Source: Escherichia coli (GTDB taxonomy: Bacteria > Pseudomonadota > Gammaproteobacteria > Enterobacterales > Enterobacteriaceae). Taken from it: 64,000 nt of DNA. The position numbers were made by a program, and so were the translations under genes. Below, in pieces: positions 36,998-51,162 of this stretch. The DNA lies in the NCBI RefSeq assembly GCF_003334405.1, contig NZ_QOWM01000005.1; one strand, written 5' to 3'. Below the pieces are notes generated by a model. That model did not search any database. It was not told where the DNA came from and saw nothing but the letters and a program-made list of their open reading frames with translations. Position 1 is the first letter of the stretch. Every line of letters begins with the position of its first letter.

Positions 36998-37501
36998 TTA
37001 CTGATAGTGTTTTATGTTCAGATAATGCCCGATGACCTTGTCATGCAGCTCCACCGATTTTGAGAACGACAGTGACTTCCGTCCCAGCCTTGCCAGATGT
37101 TGTCTCAGATTCAGATTATGTCGCTCAATGCGCTGAGTGTAACGCTTGCTGATAACGTGCAGCTTTCCCTTCAGGCGTGATTCATACAGCGGCCAGCCAT
37201 CCGTCATCTATACCACGACCTCAAAGGCCGACAGCAGGCTCAGAAGACGTTCCAGTGTGGCCAGAGTGCGTTCACCGAAGACGTGCGCCACAACCGTCCT
37301 CCGTATCCTGTCATACGCGTAAAACAGCCAGCGCTGACGTGATTTAGCACCGACGTAGCCCCACTGTTCGTCCATTTCAGCGCAGACAATCACATCACTG
37401 CCCGGTTGTATGCGCGAGGTTACCGACTGCGGCCTGAGTTTTTTAAGTGACGTAAAACCGTGTTGAGGCCAACGCCCATAATGCGTGCACTGGCGCGACA
37501 T
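36998..37501 (-). CDS. insB: IS1 InsB reading frame (expressed as InsAB' by frameshifting)
   Basis: ORF ending [69 protein letters not shown]. Confidence 0.9.
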
Positions 37502-37695
37502 CCGACGCCATTCATGGCCATATCAATGATTTTCTGGTGCGTACCGGGCTGAGAGGCGGTGTAAGTGAACTGTAGTTGCCATGTTTTACGGCAATGAGAG
37601 CAGAGATAGCGCTGATGTCCGGCAGTGCTTTTGCCGTTACGCACCACGCCTTCAGTAGCGGAGCAGGAAGGACATCTGATGGAAATGGAAGCCAC
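37420..37695 (-). CDS. insA: IS1 protein InsA
   Basis: 91-aa [46 protein letters not shown]. Confidence 0.95.
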   Translation of the reverse strand: MASISIRCPSCSATEGVVRNGKSTAGHQRYLCSHCRKTWQLQFTYTASQPGTHQKIIDMAMNGVGCRASARIMGVGLNTVLRHLKNSGRSR

Positions 37696-37750
37696 GCAAG
37701 CACCTTAAAATCACCATCATACACTAAATCAGTAAGTTGGCAGCATTACC

Positions 37751-37846
37751 CGGATTCCATAATGATTCCACGCCCCGTTATGACAAATCTGCCGCCGATC
37801 TTGCCTGGCAAAGGACACTGAAATGGTTCGATAAATATCTCTCCTG
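37751..37846 (+). pseudogene. 3' remnant (31 codons plus stop) of a dienelactone-hydrolase-family gene truncated by IS1
   Basis: frame starting directly at the IS1 boundary encodes [31 protein letters not shown]-stop, which resembles a DLH-family C-terminus. Confidence 0.5.
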
Positions 37847-37965
37847 ATAGGTTTATCTCTTACGGGATTACGTCTTAAACAAGCATGAAAAAATAGCGTG
37901 CGCAAAAGTCGTTCTTTGCCTAAAATATCGCTATATATGGCGATATATAGCGAATAAAGTGAACG

Positions 37966-39225
37966 ATGAATAACCATTTTGGTAAAGGCTTAATGGCGGG
38001 ATTAAAAGCAACGCATGCCGCCACGCTGTTTTTCCCGATGGAGTTGATTTTGTATGATTTTGCCGCGTACCTGTCGACGGACCTGATTCAGCCGGGGATC
38101 ATTAATGTGGTCCGTGATTTTAATGCCGATGTCAGTCTGGCCCCGGCAGCCGTCAGTCTCTATCTCGCGGGCGGTATGGCGTTACAGTGGCTGCTGGGGC
38201 CGCTTTCCGACAGGATTGGCCGCAGGCCGGTGCTGATTACCGGGGCGCTAATATTTACCCTTGCCTGCGCTGCGACAATGTTCACAACGTCTATGACACA
38301 GTTTCTTATCGCGCGTGCAATTCAGGGCACCAGTATCTGTTTTATTGCCACCGTTGGTTATGTCACGGTGCAGGAGGCGTTCGGCCAGACAAAAGGGATC
38401 AGGTTGATGGCGATTATCACCTCCATCGTACTGATTGCGCCGATTATTGGCCCGCTTTCCGGCGCAGCTCTGATGCACTTTGTGCACTGGAAAGTCCTTT
38501 TTGCCATCATTGCGGTTATGGGGTTTATCTCATTTGTTGGCTTACTGCTGGCGATGCCAGAGACGGTGAAGCGCGGCGCGGTTCCATTTAGCGCCAAAAG
38601 CGTCTTGCGCGATTTTCGTAATGTCTTTTGCAATCGGCTGTTCCTCTTTGGCGCAGCAACCATCTCTTTAAGCTATATCCCAATGATGAGTTGGGTGGCT
38701 GTCTCGCCGGTGATCCTGATCGACGCGGGCGGCTTAACAACTTCGCAGTTCGCCTGGACACAGGTTCCGGTGTTCGGCGCGGTGATTGTCGCGAATGCCA
38801 TCGTGGCGCGTTTCGTTAAAGATCCAACCGAACCGCGCTTCATCTGGCGTGCCGTACCCATTCAACTGGTCGGCCTCGCGCTGTTGATTATCGGCAATCT
38901 GCTGTCACCGCACGTCTGGCTGTGGTCGGTGCTGGGCACCAGTTTGTATGCTTTCGGGATTGGTTTGATCTTCCCGACCTTATTCCGCTTTACGCTTTTT
39001 TCCAATAACTTACCGAAAGGGACCGTCTCCGCATCGCTGAATATGGTGATCCTGATGGTGATGTCTGTCTCGGTCGAAATCGGCCGCTGGCTGTGGTTTA
39101 ACGGCGGTCGCTTGCCGTTTCATCTGTTAGCCGTCGTGGCGGGCGTTATCGTCGTTTTCACCCTGGCAGGATTGCTTAATCGCGTGCGCCAACATCAGGC
39201 TGCCGAGCTGGCGGAGGAGCGGTGA
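37966..39225 (+). CDS. mdtM: MFS multidrug efflux transporter MdtM
   Basis: 419-aa ORF with MFS motif [16 protein letters not shown]; N-terminal residues and true start not verified. Confidence 0.88.
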   Translation: MNNHFGKGLMAGLKATHAATLFFPMELILYDFAAYLSTDLIQPGIINVVRDFNADVSLAPAAVSLYLAGGMALQWLLGPLSDRIGRRPVLITGALIFTLACAATMFTTSMTQFLIARAIQGTSICFIATVGYVTVQEAFGQTKGIRLMAIITSIVLIAPIIGPLSGAALMHFVHWKVLFAIIAVMGFISFVGLLLAMPETVKRGAVPFSAKSVLRDFRNVFCNRLFLFGAATISLSYIPMMSWVAVSPVILIDAGGLTTSQFAWTQVPVFGAVIVANAIVARFVKDPTEPRFIWRAVPIQLVGLALLIIGNLLSPHVWLWSVLGTSLYAFGIGLIFPTLFRFTLFSNNLPKGTVSASLNMVILMVMSVSVEIGRWLWFNGGRLPFHLLAVVAGVIVVFTLAGLLNRVRQHQAAELAEER

Positions 39226-39265
39226 TTTTTGCGCGATCCTGCCGTCAGGCTCTATTCTTAACGTT

Positions 39266-40546
39266 ATGAATAAACTCATTGAACTCAGACGCGCCAAAAT
39301 GTTGGCGCTCTCTTTACTGCTTATCGCCGCTGCTACCTTTGTCGTTACGCTGTTTTTGCCGCCCAATTTTTGGGTGAGCGGCGTGAAGGCGATTGCTGAA
39401 GCGGCGATGGTCGGCGCGCTGGCGGACTGGTTTGCGGTGGTGGCGCTGTTTCGCCGCGTGCCGATTCCGATCATTTCTCGTCATACGGCGATTATCCCGC
39501 GTAATAAAGACCGGATTGGCGAAAATCTCGGCCAGTTCGTGCAGGAAAAATTTCTCGATACCCAGTCGCTGGTGGCATTGATTCGACGTCACGAACCGGC
39601 GTTGTTGATTGGCAACTGGTTTAGTCAGCCGGAGAACGCCCGCCGCGTTGGTCAGCATCTGTTGCAGATCATGAGCGGTTTTCTTGAACTGACCGATGAT
39701 GCGCGTATTCAGCGCCTGCTTAAGCGCGCGGTCCATCGGGCGATTGATAAGGTCGATCTTTCCGGCACCAGTGCGTTGATGCTGGAGAGTATGACCAAAA
39801 ACAATCGTCATCAGGTGCTGCTGGATACGCTGATCGCACAGTTGATCGCCCTTCTCCAGCGCGATAAATCGCGCAAGTTTATTGCCCAGCAAATTGTTCG
39901 CTGGCTGGAGAGCGAGCATCCGCTGAAAGCCAAAATTTTGCCTACTGAATGGCTGGGCGAACATAGCGCGGAGTTGGTTTCTGACGCGGTGAATTCTTTG
40001 CTTGATGATATCAGCCGCGATCGTGCGCATCAGATCCGCCATGCATTTGATCGCGCCACCTTTGCCCTGATCGACAAGTTGAAAAACGATCCGGAAATGG
40101 CAGCGCGAGCCGATGCCGTAAAAAGTTATCTGAAAGAAGATGAAGCTTTTAACCGCTATCTCAGTGAATTGTGGGGGGATTTACGGGAATGGCTGAAAGC
40201 GGATATCAACAGTGAAGATTCTCGTGTGAAAGAACGTATCGCGCGGGCGGGTCAATGGTTTGGCGAAACGTTAATTGCCGATGATGCCTTGCGGGCATCG
40301 TTAAATGGTCACCTGGAACAAGCCGCGCACCGCGTCGCGCCTGAGTTTTCCGCATTCCTGACGCGCCACATCAGCGATACAGTAAAAAGCTGGGATGCTC
40401 GGGATATGTCGCGGCAAATCGAGTTAAATATCGGCAAAGATCTGCAGTTTATCCGTGTCAACGGTACGCTGGTTGGCGGTTGTATTGGGCTAATTTTATA
40501 TTTGTTGTCGCAGCTCCCGGCCTTGTTCCCCCTCAGCAATTTTTAG
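39266..40546 (+). CDS. yjiN: DUF445-family inner membrane protein YjiN
   Basis: 426-aa [34 protein letters not shown]. Confidence 0.85.
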   Translation: MNKLIELRRAKMLALSLLLIAAATFVVTLFLPPNFWVSGVKAIAEAAMVGALADWFAVVALFRRVPIPIISRHTAIIPRNKDRIGENLGQFVQEKFLDTQSLVALIRRHEPALLIGNWFSQPENARRVGQHLLQIMSGFLELTDDARIQRLLKRAVHRAIDKVDLSGTSALMLESMTKNNRHQVLLDTLIAQLIALLQRDKSRKFIAQQIVRWLESEHPLKAKILPTEWLGEHSAELVSDAVNSLLDDISRDRAHQIRHAFDRATFALIDKLKNDPEMAARADAVKSYLKEDEAFNRYLSELWGDLREWLKADINSEDSRVKERIARAGQWFGETLIADDALRASLNGHLEQAAHRVAPEFSAFLTRHISDTVKSWDARDMSRQIELNIGKDLQFIRVNGTLVGGCIGLILYLLSQLPALFPLSNF

Positions 40547-40661
40547 AAATCCATGAAAAACTAAGTGGCTAACCGCGAGAGAGATCAAATAAACCACACT
40601 AAAAGAATGGTAATAATGTGGCCTCTTTTCATTATCTCCCGTGGTACGGGGAAGGAAAATC

Positions 40662-43769
<3,108 letters not shown>

Positions 43770-43836
43770 CAGGCTGGCATATTTCACCTTTTTGTTATTA
43801 ACTTGTTAACAACAAAAATGACATACAAGGTTAAAC

Positions 43837-45015
43837 ATGCCTTCGTCCTCGCATCCCGTAGAACGCTTTTCTTTCAGCACCGCGCTTTTCGGGATGCTGG
43901 TTCTGACCTTAGGTATGGGATTAGGTCGCTTCCTTTATACGCCTATGTTGCCCGTCATGATGGCGGAAGGGGCGTTTTCATTTAGCCAGCTCTCGTGGAT
44001 TGCCAGCGGCAACTATGCGGGGTATCTGGCTGGCAGTCTGCTATTTTCGTTTGGCGCATTTCACCAGCCGTCGCGCCTGCGCCCATTTCTGTTGGTTTCT
44101 GCCCTGGCGAGCGGGTTGTTGATCCTCGCAATGGCATGGTTGCCGCCATTTATTCTGGTGTTATTGATTCGCTTCCTGGCGGGTGTCGCCAGCGCCGGTA
44201 TGCTGATTTTTGGTTCGACGCTGATTATGCAGCACACGCGCCATCCTTTTGTGCTGGCAGCTTTGTTTTCTGGCGTTGGCATTGGCATTGCACTGGGCAA
44301 CGAATATGTTCTGGCAGGCCTGCATTTTGCCTTCTCCTCGCAAACGTTATGGCAAGGCGCCGGGGCGCTTTCTGGCATGATGCTGATTGCACTTACGCTT
44401 TTAATGCCCTCGAAAAAACACGCCATCGCACCAATGCCATTGGCAAAAACGGAGCAACAGATAATGAGCTGGTGGTTACTGGCTATTCTGTACGGCCTGG
44501 CGGGATTTGGTTATATCATCGTCGCGACTTACCTGCCGCTCATGGCGAAAGATGCAGGCTCACCATTGTTAACCGCCCATCTCTGGACGTTAGTCGGCTT
44601 ATCAATTGTGCCAGGCTGCTTTGGCTGGCTATGGGCAGCAAAACGTTGGGGGGCTTTGCCTTGCCTGACGGCGAATTTGCTGGTGCAGGCTATCAGTGTG
44701 CTGCTTACTCTCGCCAGCGACTCTCCTCTCTTGCTTATCATTAGTAGTATCGGTTTTGGCGGTACCTTTATGGGCACGACATCTCTGGTGATGACTATCG
44801 CCCGCCAACTGAGCGTTCCGGGAAATCTCAATCTTTTAGGCTTTGTGACGCTCATTTACGGCATTGGACAAATCCTCGGCCCGGCGCTGACCAGTATGCT
44901 CGGCAATGGAACATCGGCGCTTGCCAGCGCCACTCTCTGCGGCGCGGCGGCGTTGTTTATTGCTGCGCTTATCAGCACAGTGCAATTATTTAAGCTACAA
45001 GTGGTCACTTCATGA
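43837..45015 (+). CDS. yjiJ: MFS transporter YjiJ
   Basis: 392-aa multi-[37 protein letters not shown]. Confidence 0.88.
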   Translation: MPSSSHPVERFSFSTALFGMLVLTLGMGLGRFLYTPMLPVMMAEGAFSFSQLSWIASGNYAGYLAGSLLFSFGAFHQPSRLRPFLLVSALASGLLILAMAWLPPFILVLLIRFLAGVASAGMLIFGSTLIMQHTRHPFVLAALFSGVGIGIALGNEYVLAGLHFAFSSQTLWQGAGALSGMMLIALTLLMPSKKHAIAPMPLAKTEQQIMSWWLLAILYGLAGFGYIIVATYLPLMAKDAGSPLLTAHLWTLVGLSIVPGCFGWLWAAKRWGALPCLTANLLVQAISVLLTLASDSPLLLIISSIGFGGTFMGTTSLVMTIARQLSVPGNLNLLGFVTLIYGIGQILGPALTSMLGNGTSALASATLCGAAALFIAALISTVQLFKLQVVTS

Positions 45016-45027
45016 GGGAAGTTTCCC

Positions 45028-45582
45028 TTACCACTCAAGAAACTCAACCGCAACCGTTGATGTCAGCCAGACCCCGTTTTCCGCTTGCCAGAAAGGGAGG
45101 CCTCGTTTCGCCATTTCCTGTGCTTTGACGGTTAAAATAACCGGCGATCCGTGTCTTGCTCCCACTTTGCGTGCCGTTGCTTCATCAGCAGAGAGATGTA
45201 CGTAGTGACGCTCACCTGCAATCAGCCCCTGTTTTTTTATCTCGTCAAGGAAACGGCTTGCCGTACCGTGGTAGAGAAACTGTGGCGGTGTTTTTTCGGC
45301 AAAGGAAATAGCGACCTGCGAAGTCGAATGCCCCTGAACCGCGCGGATGCACCTACCATCACTGGAATAACTAAAACGCTTTTTATCGCTGGTGGCAACC
45401 ACAGTATCCAGCAATGCACGGGTTAACCGCTTGCCCGCTTTTTGGGCACAAAGTATGAGCTTATCGATATCCGCCCATCCTTCACGGTCCAGTACGATAC
45501 CAATCGCCTCCGGTTTGTGTCGGAGGACAAAACTTAAAAACTTGCTCGTATCCGCCAGCTCTTTTTCGTTGTACTTTGCCAT
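45028..45582 (-). CDS. kptA: RNA 2'-phosphotransferase (Tpt1 family)
   Basis: 184-aa [32 protein letters not shown]. Confidence 0.93.
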   Translation of the reverse strand: MAKYNEKELADTSKFLSFVLRHKPEAIGIVLDREGWADIDKLILCAQKAGKRLTRALLDTVVATSDKKRFSYSSDGRCIRAVQGHSTSQVAISFAEKTPPQFLYHGTASRFLDEIKKQGLIAGERHYVHLSADEATARKVGARHGSPVILTVKAQEMAKRGLPFWQAENGVWLTSTVAVEFLEW

Positions 45583-45819
45583 CGCGTTTTCGTCCCTGGA
45601 TTATCTGTTTTTTATTTACTATGTCATTGTCACTGGGTTTATGAATTTTCTGCAACTCAATCCTGCGTAGAACCTTTTCCACACAGCGTAATTTTACCGC
45701 TATGCAAAAAACGCATAGTCAGAAACATACTTGCATTTTCCCCATACCCACATGGCTGATAAGGTTTTTCAGCTCCAGGAATTTTCCTGGCTCAAGCAAC
45801 ACACAAACACAAAAAAACA

Positions 45820-46515
45820 ATGGGGATTGTTATGACACAACAAGGGGATGCTGTAGCCGGGGAGCTGGCGACAGAAAAAGTGGGCATTAAAGGGTATCTG
45901 GCTTTTTTTCTCACCATAATCTTTTTTTCCGGTGTTTTTTCCGGGACAGACAGTTGGTGGCGCGTTTTTGATTTTTCCGTTCTGAACGGATCGTTTGGGC
46001 AACTGCCTGGTGCGAACGGAGCCACCACCTCGTTTCGCGGCGCGGGTGGCGCGGGGGCTAAAGATGGCTTTCTCTTTGCGCTGGAGCTGGCACCGTCAGT
46101 CATTCTCTCTCTGGGGATTATTTCAATTACCGATGGTCTTGGCGGATTACGCGCCGCGCAGCAGTTAATGACGCCAGTGCTAAAACCGTTGTTGGGCATT
46201 CCAGGGATCTGCTCGCTGGCGCTGATCGCTAACCTGCAAAACACCGATGCCGCCGCAGGTATGACCAAAGAGCTGGCGCAGGAAGGTGAAATTACCGAAC
46301 GCGATAAAGTGATTTTCGCCGCATATCAAACCAGCGGTAGCGCCATTATCACCAACTACTTCTCTTCCGGCGTCGCGGTGTTTGCCTTTCTGGGCACGTC
46401 CGTAATCGTACCTTTAGCAGTCATCCTGGTGTTTAAATTTGTCGGAGCCAACATTTTGCGCGTCTGGCTTAACTTCGAAGAACGTCGCAACCCAACGCAA
46501 GGAGCGCAAGCATGA
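45820..46515 (+). CDS. yjiH: nucleoside-recognition (Gate) domain membrane protein YjiH
   Basis: 231-aa ORF; exact start uncertain; overlaps yjiG start by 4 bp. Confidence 0.85.
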   Translation: MGIVMTQQGDAVAGELATEKVGIKGYLAFFLTIIFFSGVFSGTDSWWRVFDFSVLNGSFGQLPGANGATTSFRGAGGAGAKDGFLFALELAPSVILSLGIISITDGLGGLRAAQQLMTPVLKPLLGIPGICSLALIANLQNTDAAAGMTKELAQEGEITERDKVIFAAYQTSGSAIITNYFSSGVAVFAFLGTSVIVPLAVILVFKFVGANILRVWLNFEERRNPTQGAQA

Positions 46516-46973
46516 CAACTCAGGTCCGCAAAAACGTCATGGATATGTTTATCGATGGTGCGCGCCGTGGCTTTACTATCGCCACGACCAACCTGCTGCC
46601 AAACGTGGTGATGGCGTTTGTCATCATTCAGGCGCTGAAAATTACCGGCCTGCTCGACTGGGTGGGGCATATCTGTGAACCCGTAATGGCGCTGTGGGGA
46701 TTACCCGGTGAAGCGGCAACCGTCCTTTTAGCCGCATTAATGAGTATGGGTGGCGCAGTCGGTGTTGCCGCCAGTCTGGCAACCGCTGGCGCATTAACCG
46801 GTCACGATGTCACCGTTTTACTGCCCGCGATGTATTTAATGGGCAACCCGGTGCAAAATGTCGGTCGCTGCCTGGGGACAGCCGAAGTGAATGCCAAATA
46901 TTACCCGCATATCATTACGGTCTGCGTGATTAACGCATTGCTGTCGATCTGGGTTATGCAGCTTATTGTTTAA
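46512..46973 (+). CDS. yjiG: SpmB-like inner membrane protein YjiG
   Basis: 153-aa ORF MTTQVRKNVMDMFIDGARRGFTIATTNLL. Confidence 0.88.
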   Translation: MTTQVRKNVMDMFIDGARRGFTIATTNLLPNVVMAFVIIQALKITGLLDWVGHICEPVMALWGLPGEAATVLLAALMSMGGAVGVAASLATAGALTGHDVTVLLPAMYLMGNPVQNVGRCLGTAEVNAKYYPHIITVCVINALLSIWVMQLIV

Positions 46974-46985
46974 CAAGGAGTTACC

Positions 46986-48158
46986 ATGATTGATTATACC
47001 GCAGCCGGTTTTACCCTGCTGCAGGGAGCGCATTTGTATGCGCCGGAAGATCGGGGAATTTGCGATGTCCTCGTCGCTAACGGCAAAATTATCGCCGTTG
47101 CCAGTAATATCCCTTCTGACATTGTACCGGACTGCACGGTTGTCGATCTCAGCGGGCAGATCCTCTGCCCAGGTTTTATTGATCAACACGTCCATTTGAT
47201 TGGCGGTGGCGGCGAAGCAGGTCCCACGACGCGCACGCCGGAAGTGGCGTTAAGTCGTCTGACGGAAGCAGGCGTCACGTCAGTGGTTGGTCTGCTGGGC
47301 ACCGACTCTATCTCTCGCCACCCGGAATCCCTGCTCGCCAAGACCCGTGCGCTCAATGAAGAAGGCATCAGCGCCTGGATGCTGACCGGCGCTTATCATG
47401 TCCCTTCCCGCACTATTACGGGTTCCGTGGAAAAAGACGTGGCGATTATCGATCGCGTGATTGGCGTGAAATGCGCCATCTCTGATCACCGTTCTGCCGC
47501 ACCGGACGTTTATCACCTGGCTAATATGGCGGCGGAATCCCGCGTTGGCGGTTTGCTCGGCGGTAAACCTGGCGTCACCGTGTTCCACATGGGCGACAGC
47601 AAAAAGGCGTTACAGCCTGTCTATGACCTGCTGGAAAACTGCGATGTGCCGATTAGCAAGTTGCTGCCGACCCACGTTAACCGCAACGTTCCGTTGTTTG
47701 AGCAGGCGCTGGAGTTCGCGCGCAAAGGCGGCACCATCGATATCACCAGCAGCATTGACGAACCAGTCGCCCCTGCCGAAGGTATTGCCCGCGCCGTTCA
47801 GGCGGGTATTCCGCTGGCACGCGTCACCCTCAGCTCCGACGGCAACGGTAGCCAGCCGTTCTTCGATGACGAAGGGAATTTAACCCATATCGGTGTTGCC
47901 GGTTTTGAAACGTTGCTGGAAACCGTGCAGGTGCTGGTCAAAGATTATGATTTCAGTATCAGCGATGCCCTGCGCCCGCTCACCAGTAGCGTAGCCGGTT
48001 TCCTTAACCTGAGCGGGAAAGGCGAAATTCTGCCAGGCAATGACGCAGACTTACTGGTCATGACGCCAGAATTACGCATTGAGCAGGTATACGCTCGCGG
48101 CAAGCTGATGGTCAAAGACGGCAAAGCCTGCGTGAAAGGAACGTTTGAAACGGCATAA
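46986..48158 (+). CDS. iadA: isoaspartyl dipeptidase
   Basis: 390-aa amidohydrolase ORF with CPGFIDQHVHLIGGGGE. Confidence 0.95.
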   Translation: MIDYTAAGFTLLQGAHLYAPEDRGICDVLVANGKIIAVASNIPSDIVPDCTVVDLSGQILCPGFIDQHVHLIGGGGEAGPTTRTPEVALSRLTEAGVTSVVGLLGTDSISRHPESLLAKTRALNEEGISAWMLTGAYHVPSRTITGSVEKDVAIIDRVIGVKCAISDHRSAAPDVYHLANMAAESRVGGLLGGKPGVTVFHMGDSKKALQPVYDLLENCDVPISKLLPTHVNRNVPLFEQALEFARKGGTIDITSSIDEPVAPAEGIARAVQAGIPLARVTLSSDGNGSQPFFDDEGNLTHIGVAGFETLLETVQVLVKDYDFSISDALRPLTSSVAGFLNLSGKGEILPGNDADLLVMTPELRIEQVYARGKLMVKDGKACVKGTFETA

Positions 48159-48222
48159 ACGGTTGTCAGCCGCCCGAATGGACGTAGAATGCCCGCAAGG
48201 GCGGCTGACAGAGTAAAACGTA

Positions 48223-49134
48223 ATGGATGACTGTGGTGCGGTTTTGCATAATATTGAAACTAAATGGCTTTATGATTTTCTGACCCTGGAAAAATGCCGC
48301 AATTTTTCCCAGGCAGCAGTCAGTCGCAACGTCTCGCAACCGGCATTCAGCCGCCGCATCCGTGCGCTGGAACAGGCGATTGGCGTTGAATTGTTTAACC
48401 GCCAGGTGACGCCGCTGCAACTCTCGGAACAAGGTAAAATATTCCATTCGCAGATCCGCCATCTGTTGCAACAGTTAGAGAGCAACCTTGCAGAACTCCG
48501 TGGTGGCAGCGATTACGCGCAACGCAAAATTAAAATAGCCGCTGCACACTCTCTTTCCCTCGGGCTGTTACCGTCCATTATCAGCCAGATGCCGCCGCTC
48601 TTTACCTGGGCAATTGAAGCTATTGATGTCGATGAAGCGGTCGATAAACTGCGTGAAGGGCAAAGTGACTGTATTTTTTCCTTTCACGACGAAGATTTGC
48701 TGGAAGCGCCGTTTGACCACATTCGCTTATTTGAATCTCAATTGTTCCCTGTCTGCGCCAGTGACGAACACGGAGAAGCACTTTTTAACCTCGCGCAGCC
48801 ACACTTTCCGTTACTGAATTACAGCCGCAACTCCTACATGGGGCGATTGATTAATCGCACCCTGACGCGCCACAGTGAGTTAAGTTTCAGCACCTTTTTT
48901 GTCTCTTCGATGAGCGAGCTTTTAAAGCAGGTTGCCCTCGACGGCTGTGGGATTGCCTGGCTGCCGGAGTACGCCATCCAACAAGAAATTCGCAGCGGGC
49001 AGCTCGTTGTACTGAATCGGGACGAACTGGTGATCCCGATTCAGGCCTATGCATACCGAATGAATACCCGCATGAATCCAGTTGCCGAACGCTTCTGGCG
49101 TGAACTGCGCGAGCTGGAGATTGTACTTAGCTGA
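48223..49134 (+). CDS. hypT: LysR-family hypochlorite-responsive regulator HypT (YjiE)
   Basis: 303-aa ORF with N-terminal LysR HTH. Confidence 0.9.
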   Translation: MDDCGAVLHNIETKWLYDFLTLEKCRNFSQAAVSRNVSQPAFSRRIRALEQAIGVELFNRQVTPLQLSEQGKIFHSQIRHLLQQLESNLAELRGGSDYAQRKIKIAAAHSLSLGLLPSIISQMPPLFTWAIEAIDVDEAVDKLREGQSDCIFSFHDEDLLEAPFDHIRLFESQLFPVCASDEHGEALFNLAQPHFPLLNYSRNSYMGRLINRTLTRHSELSFSTFFVSSMSELLKQVALDGCGIAWLPEYAIQQEIRSGQLVVLNRDELVIPIQAYAYRMNTRMNPVAERFWRELRELEIVLS

Positions 49135-49519
49135 CATTCTCGAGCGTCGCACTACGCCAACCGCCATTATCCCAGACCAGATCAAACGTTAGCGGTTCAT
49201 CGTCGTGGTACAGCATTATCTCAAGGCTGATCGCCAGCGTGTGGCTGTACGCTTCTTTCAGATTGACCTGCAACGCCGCAATCCGTGGCTCATGAAATAA
49301 CAGTGCAGAACGCAGCTGACGGCAATACCAGCTCTGGAGATGTTTGTCGCTCTGGTTATGCACTTGCCACTCGGGCATGCCTGAAACAAGTAATGACGGT
49401 AATGCCGAATGAGGAGAATTAAAAAGAGTGAGGAGATCGCTACATATTGATTTACGCAGCGATGACGTTTTATTGCCTGAAATTTCAGGTAAAACAGCCT
49501 GACGTGATTGGCGCATCAT
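49127..49519 (-). CDS. iraD: anti-adaptor protein IraD (RssB inhibitor)
   Basis: 130-aa product [30 protein letters not shown]; overlaps hypT 3' end by 8 bp. Confidence 0.9.
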   Translation of the reverse strand: MMRQSRQAVLPEISGNKTSSLRKSICSDLLTLFNSPHSALPSLLVSGMPEWQVHNQSDKHLQSWYCRQLRSALLFHEPRIAALQVNLKEAYSHTLAISLEIMLYHDDEPLTFDLVWDNGGWRSATLENVS

Positions 49520-50191
49520 TTTGCGCACTCCTGACGTTTAGCAACATATGCGGCTTGCCCTGAACACCGGGCACCACTGTATTGATGCTCATTTTCCATA
49601 GCCATTCCCTTTTGTTCATTACATCCATGTCAGTCTGAGACAGGCCTGAATCCTGTCAGCAAAGTATAAAACCTTACTTGCCTATGAATATCTACTGACT
49701 TTTCAGGAAAAAAGTCATGATTTGATAAAAATCATCAAACTCAAAAAAAAACCGCTAGTATATTCTGAATATTCCGAATAGTTACGTAGATGAAAATACT
49801 TGTCACCACCGCTACTTAATTCCGGTGTGAAATTATTTATTTCCGCATAATCAGCCATGTATTATTTGAAACAATTAGTTTGTAAATAATATAAATTGAT
49901 AACATATCAAATACATCAAAAATACCATTCACAGGCATTATTAATATAGACATCAATATAGCAACATCAAATTCCAATTAGTAATAAGATATGCTTTTAA
50001 ATTGCATGAAAATAATTTCAAATGAGCGTTTTTTGATACTTTAGAGTGTTTCCTACCCTTTAATATCACCGTGTAGAGTTGATATCACTACAACAGAAAC
50101 ATGCATGTCATTTGTTTACTTCTCATTTTACTACAGAAAAATTTATCTATTTTTCTAAACATCAGTGAAATACTCATAAAAGGTAACTATT

Positions 50192-51022
50192 ATGTCTATG
50201 CCATTAAGCAATACCCTTCAGAGCCAAATTATTACAGATAATCACTTCCTTCATCATCCAAAAGTCGACAGTGAGTTAACACGTAAATATGAACGTGCAC
50301 GCCTGGATACGGAAAATATCTATCTTCTGCCTCTTGCTCGTGGCAATAACCATAATTACGATGGAAAAAGCGTTGTCGAAATTAGAAAACTTGATATTAG
50401 TAAAGAGTCCTGGCCATTTAATTATGTGACAGAAGCATGCAGAGAATCCGATGGTATTACAACAACAGGACGTATGCTCTATCGAAACTTGAAAATCACC
50501 TCAGCTTTAGACGAAATATATGGTGGCATATGTAAAAAGGCGCATGCTGCTACAGAATTAGCAGAAGGTTTACGGCTAAATTTATTTATGAAGAGCCCTT
50601 TCGATCCTGTTGAGGACTATACAGTTCATGAAATAACATTAGGCCCTGGTTGCAATGTTCCAGGTTACGCCGGAACCACGATAGGATATATTTCAACCCT
50701 TCCAGTTTCTCAGGCAAAAAGATGGACCAATGAGCAGCCAAGAATTGATATCTATATTGATCAGATAATAACTGTCTCAGGGGTAGCAAATTCTTCCGGA
50801 TTCGCCCTTGCCGCATTACTTAATGCTAATATTGAGATGGGAAATGACCCAATCATTGGTATAGAAGCCTATCCTGGTACCGCGGAGATCCATGCAAAAA
50901 TGGGATATAAAGTTATCCCCGGTGATGAAGATGCGCCACTCAAACGCATGACTCTGCAACCGTCATCTCTTCCAGAACTGTTTGAATTAAAAAATGGTGA
51001 ATGGAATTATATTGGTAAATAG
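50192..51022 (+). CDS. yjiC: uncharacterised protein YjiC (276 aa) on an AT-rich islet
   Basis: ORF MSMPLSNTLQSQIITDNHFLHHPKVDSELTRKYERARLDTENIYLLPLARG preceded by about 660 bp of AT-rich non-coding DNA. Confidence 0.85.
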   Translation: MSMPLSNTLQSQIITDNHFLHHPKVDSELTRKYERARLDTENIYLLPLARGNNHNYDGKSVVEIRKLDISKESWPFNYVTEACRESDGITTTGRMLYRNLKITSALDEIYGGICKKAHAATELAEGLRLNLFMKSPFDPVEDYTVHEITLGPGCNVPGYAGTTIGYISTLPVSQAKRWTNEQPRIDIYIDQIITVSGVANSSGFALAALLNANIEMGNDPIIGIEAYPGTAEIHAKMGYKVIPGDEDAPLKRMTLQPSSLPELFELKNGEWNYIGK

Positions 51023-51122
51023 CAACTGAGAAGAATGAGTACTAATATTCAGGTTATACAGATATTTAAACAATACCCTGCAATTTACAAAGCAATACTC
51101 ATTGCGACTTCTTAATTTAAGA

Positions 51123-51151
51123 AAGCGCAAGGAACGTTTACCCTTGCGCTT
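51123..51151. terminator. hairpin between convergent yjiC and uxuR
   Basis: agcgcaagg-aacgtttac-ccttgcgct flanked by A/T-rich runs. Confidence 0.5.
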
Positions 51152-51162
51152 ATTATAATAAG

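Larger units (their letters stand above)
36983..37749 (-). mobile_element. IS1 (767 bp)
   Basis: termini ggtaatgactccaacttactgat (36983-) and atcagtaagttggcagcattacc (-37749); flanking 9-mers tcgctgtcg and cggattcca differ, so no target duplication. Confidence 0.95.

Noticed and set aside
37966-38060. Possible alteration of the mdtM N-terminus by the upstream IS1
   Set aside because: IS1 ends 216 bp upstream of the ORF, and I cannot reliably recall the reference N-terminus, so any claim of a changed start or promoter replacement would be speculation.
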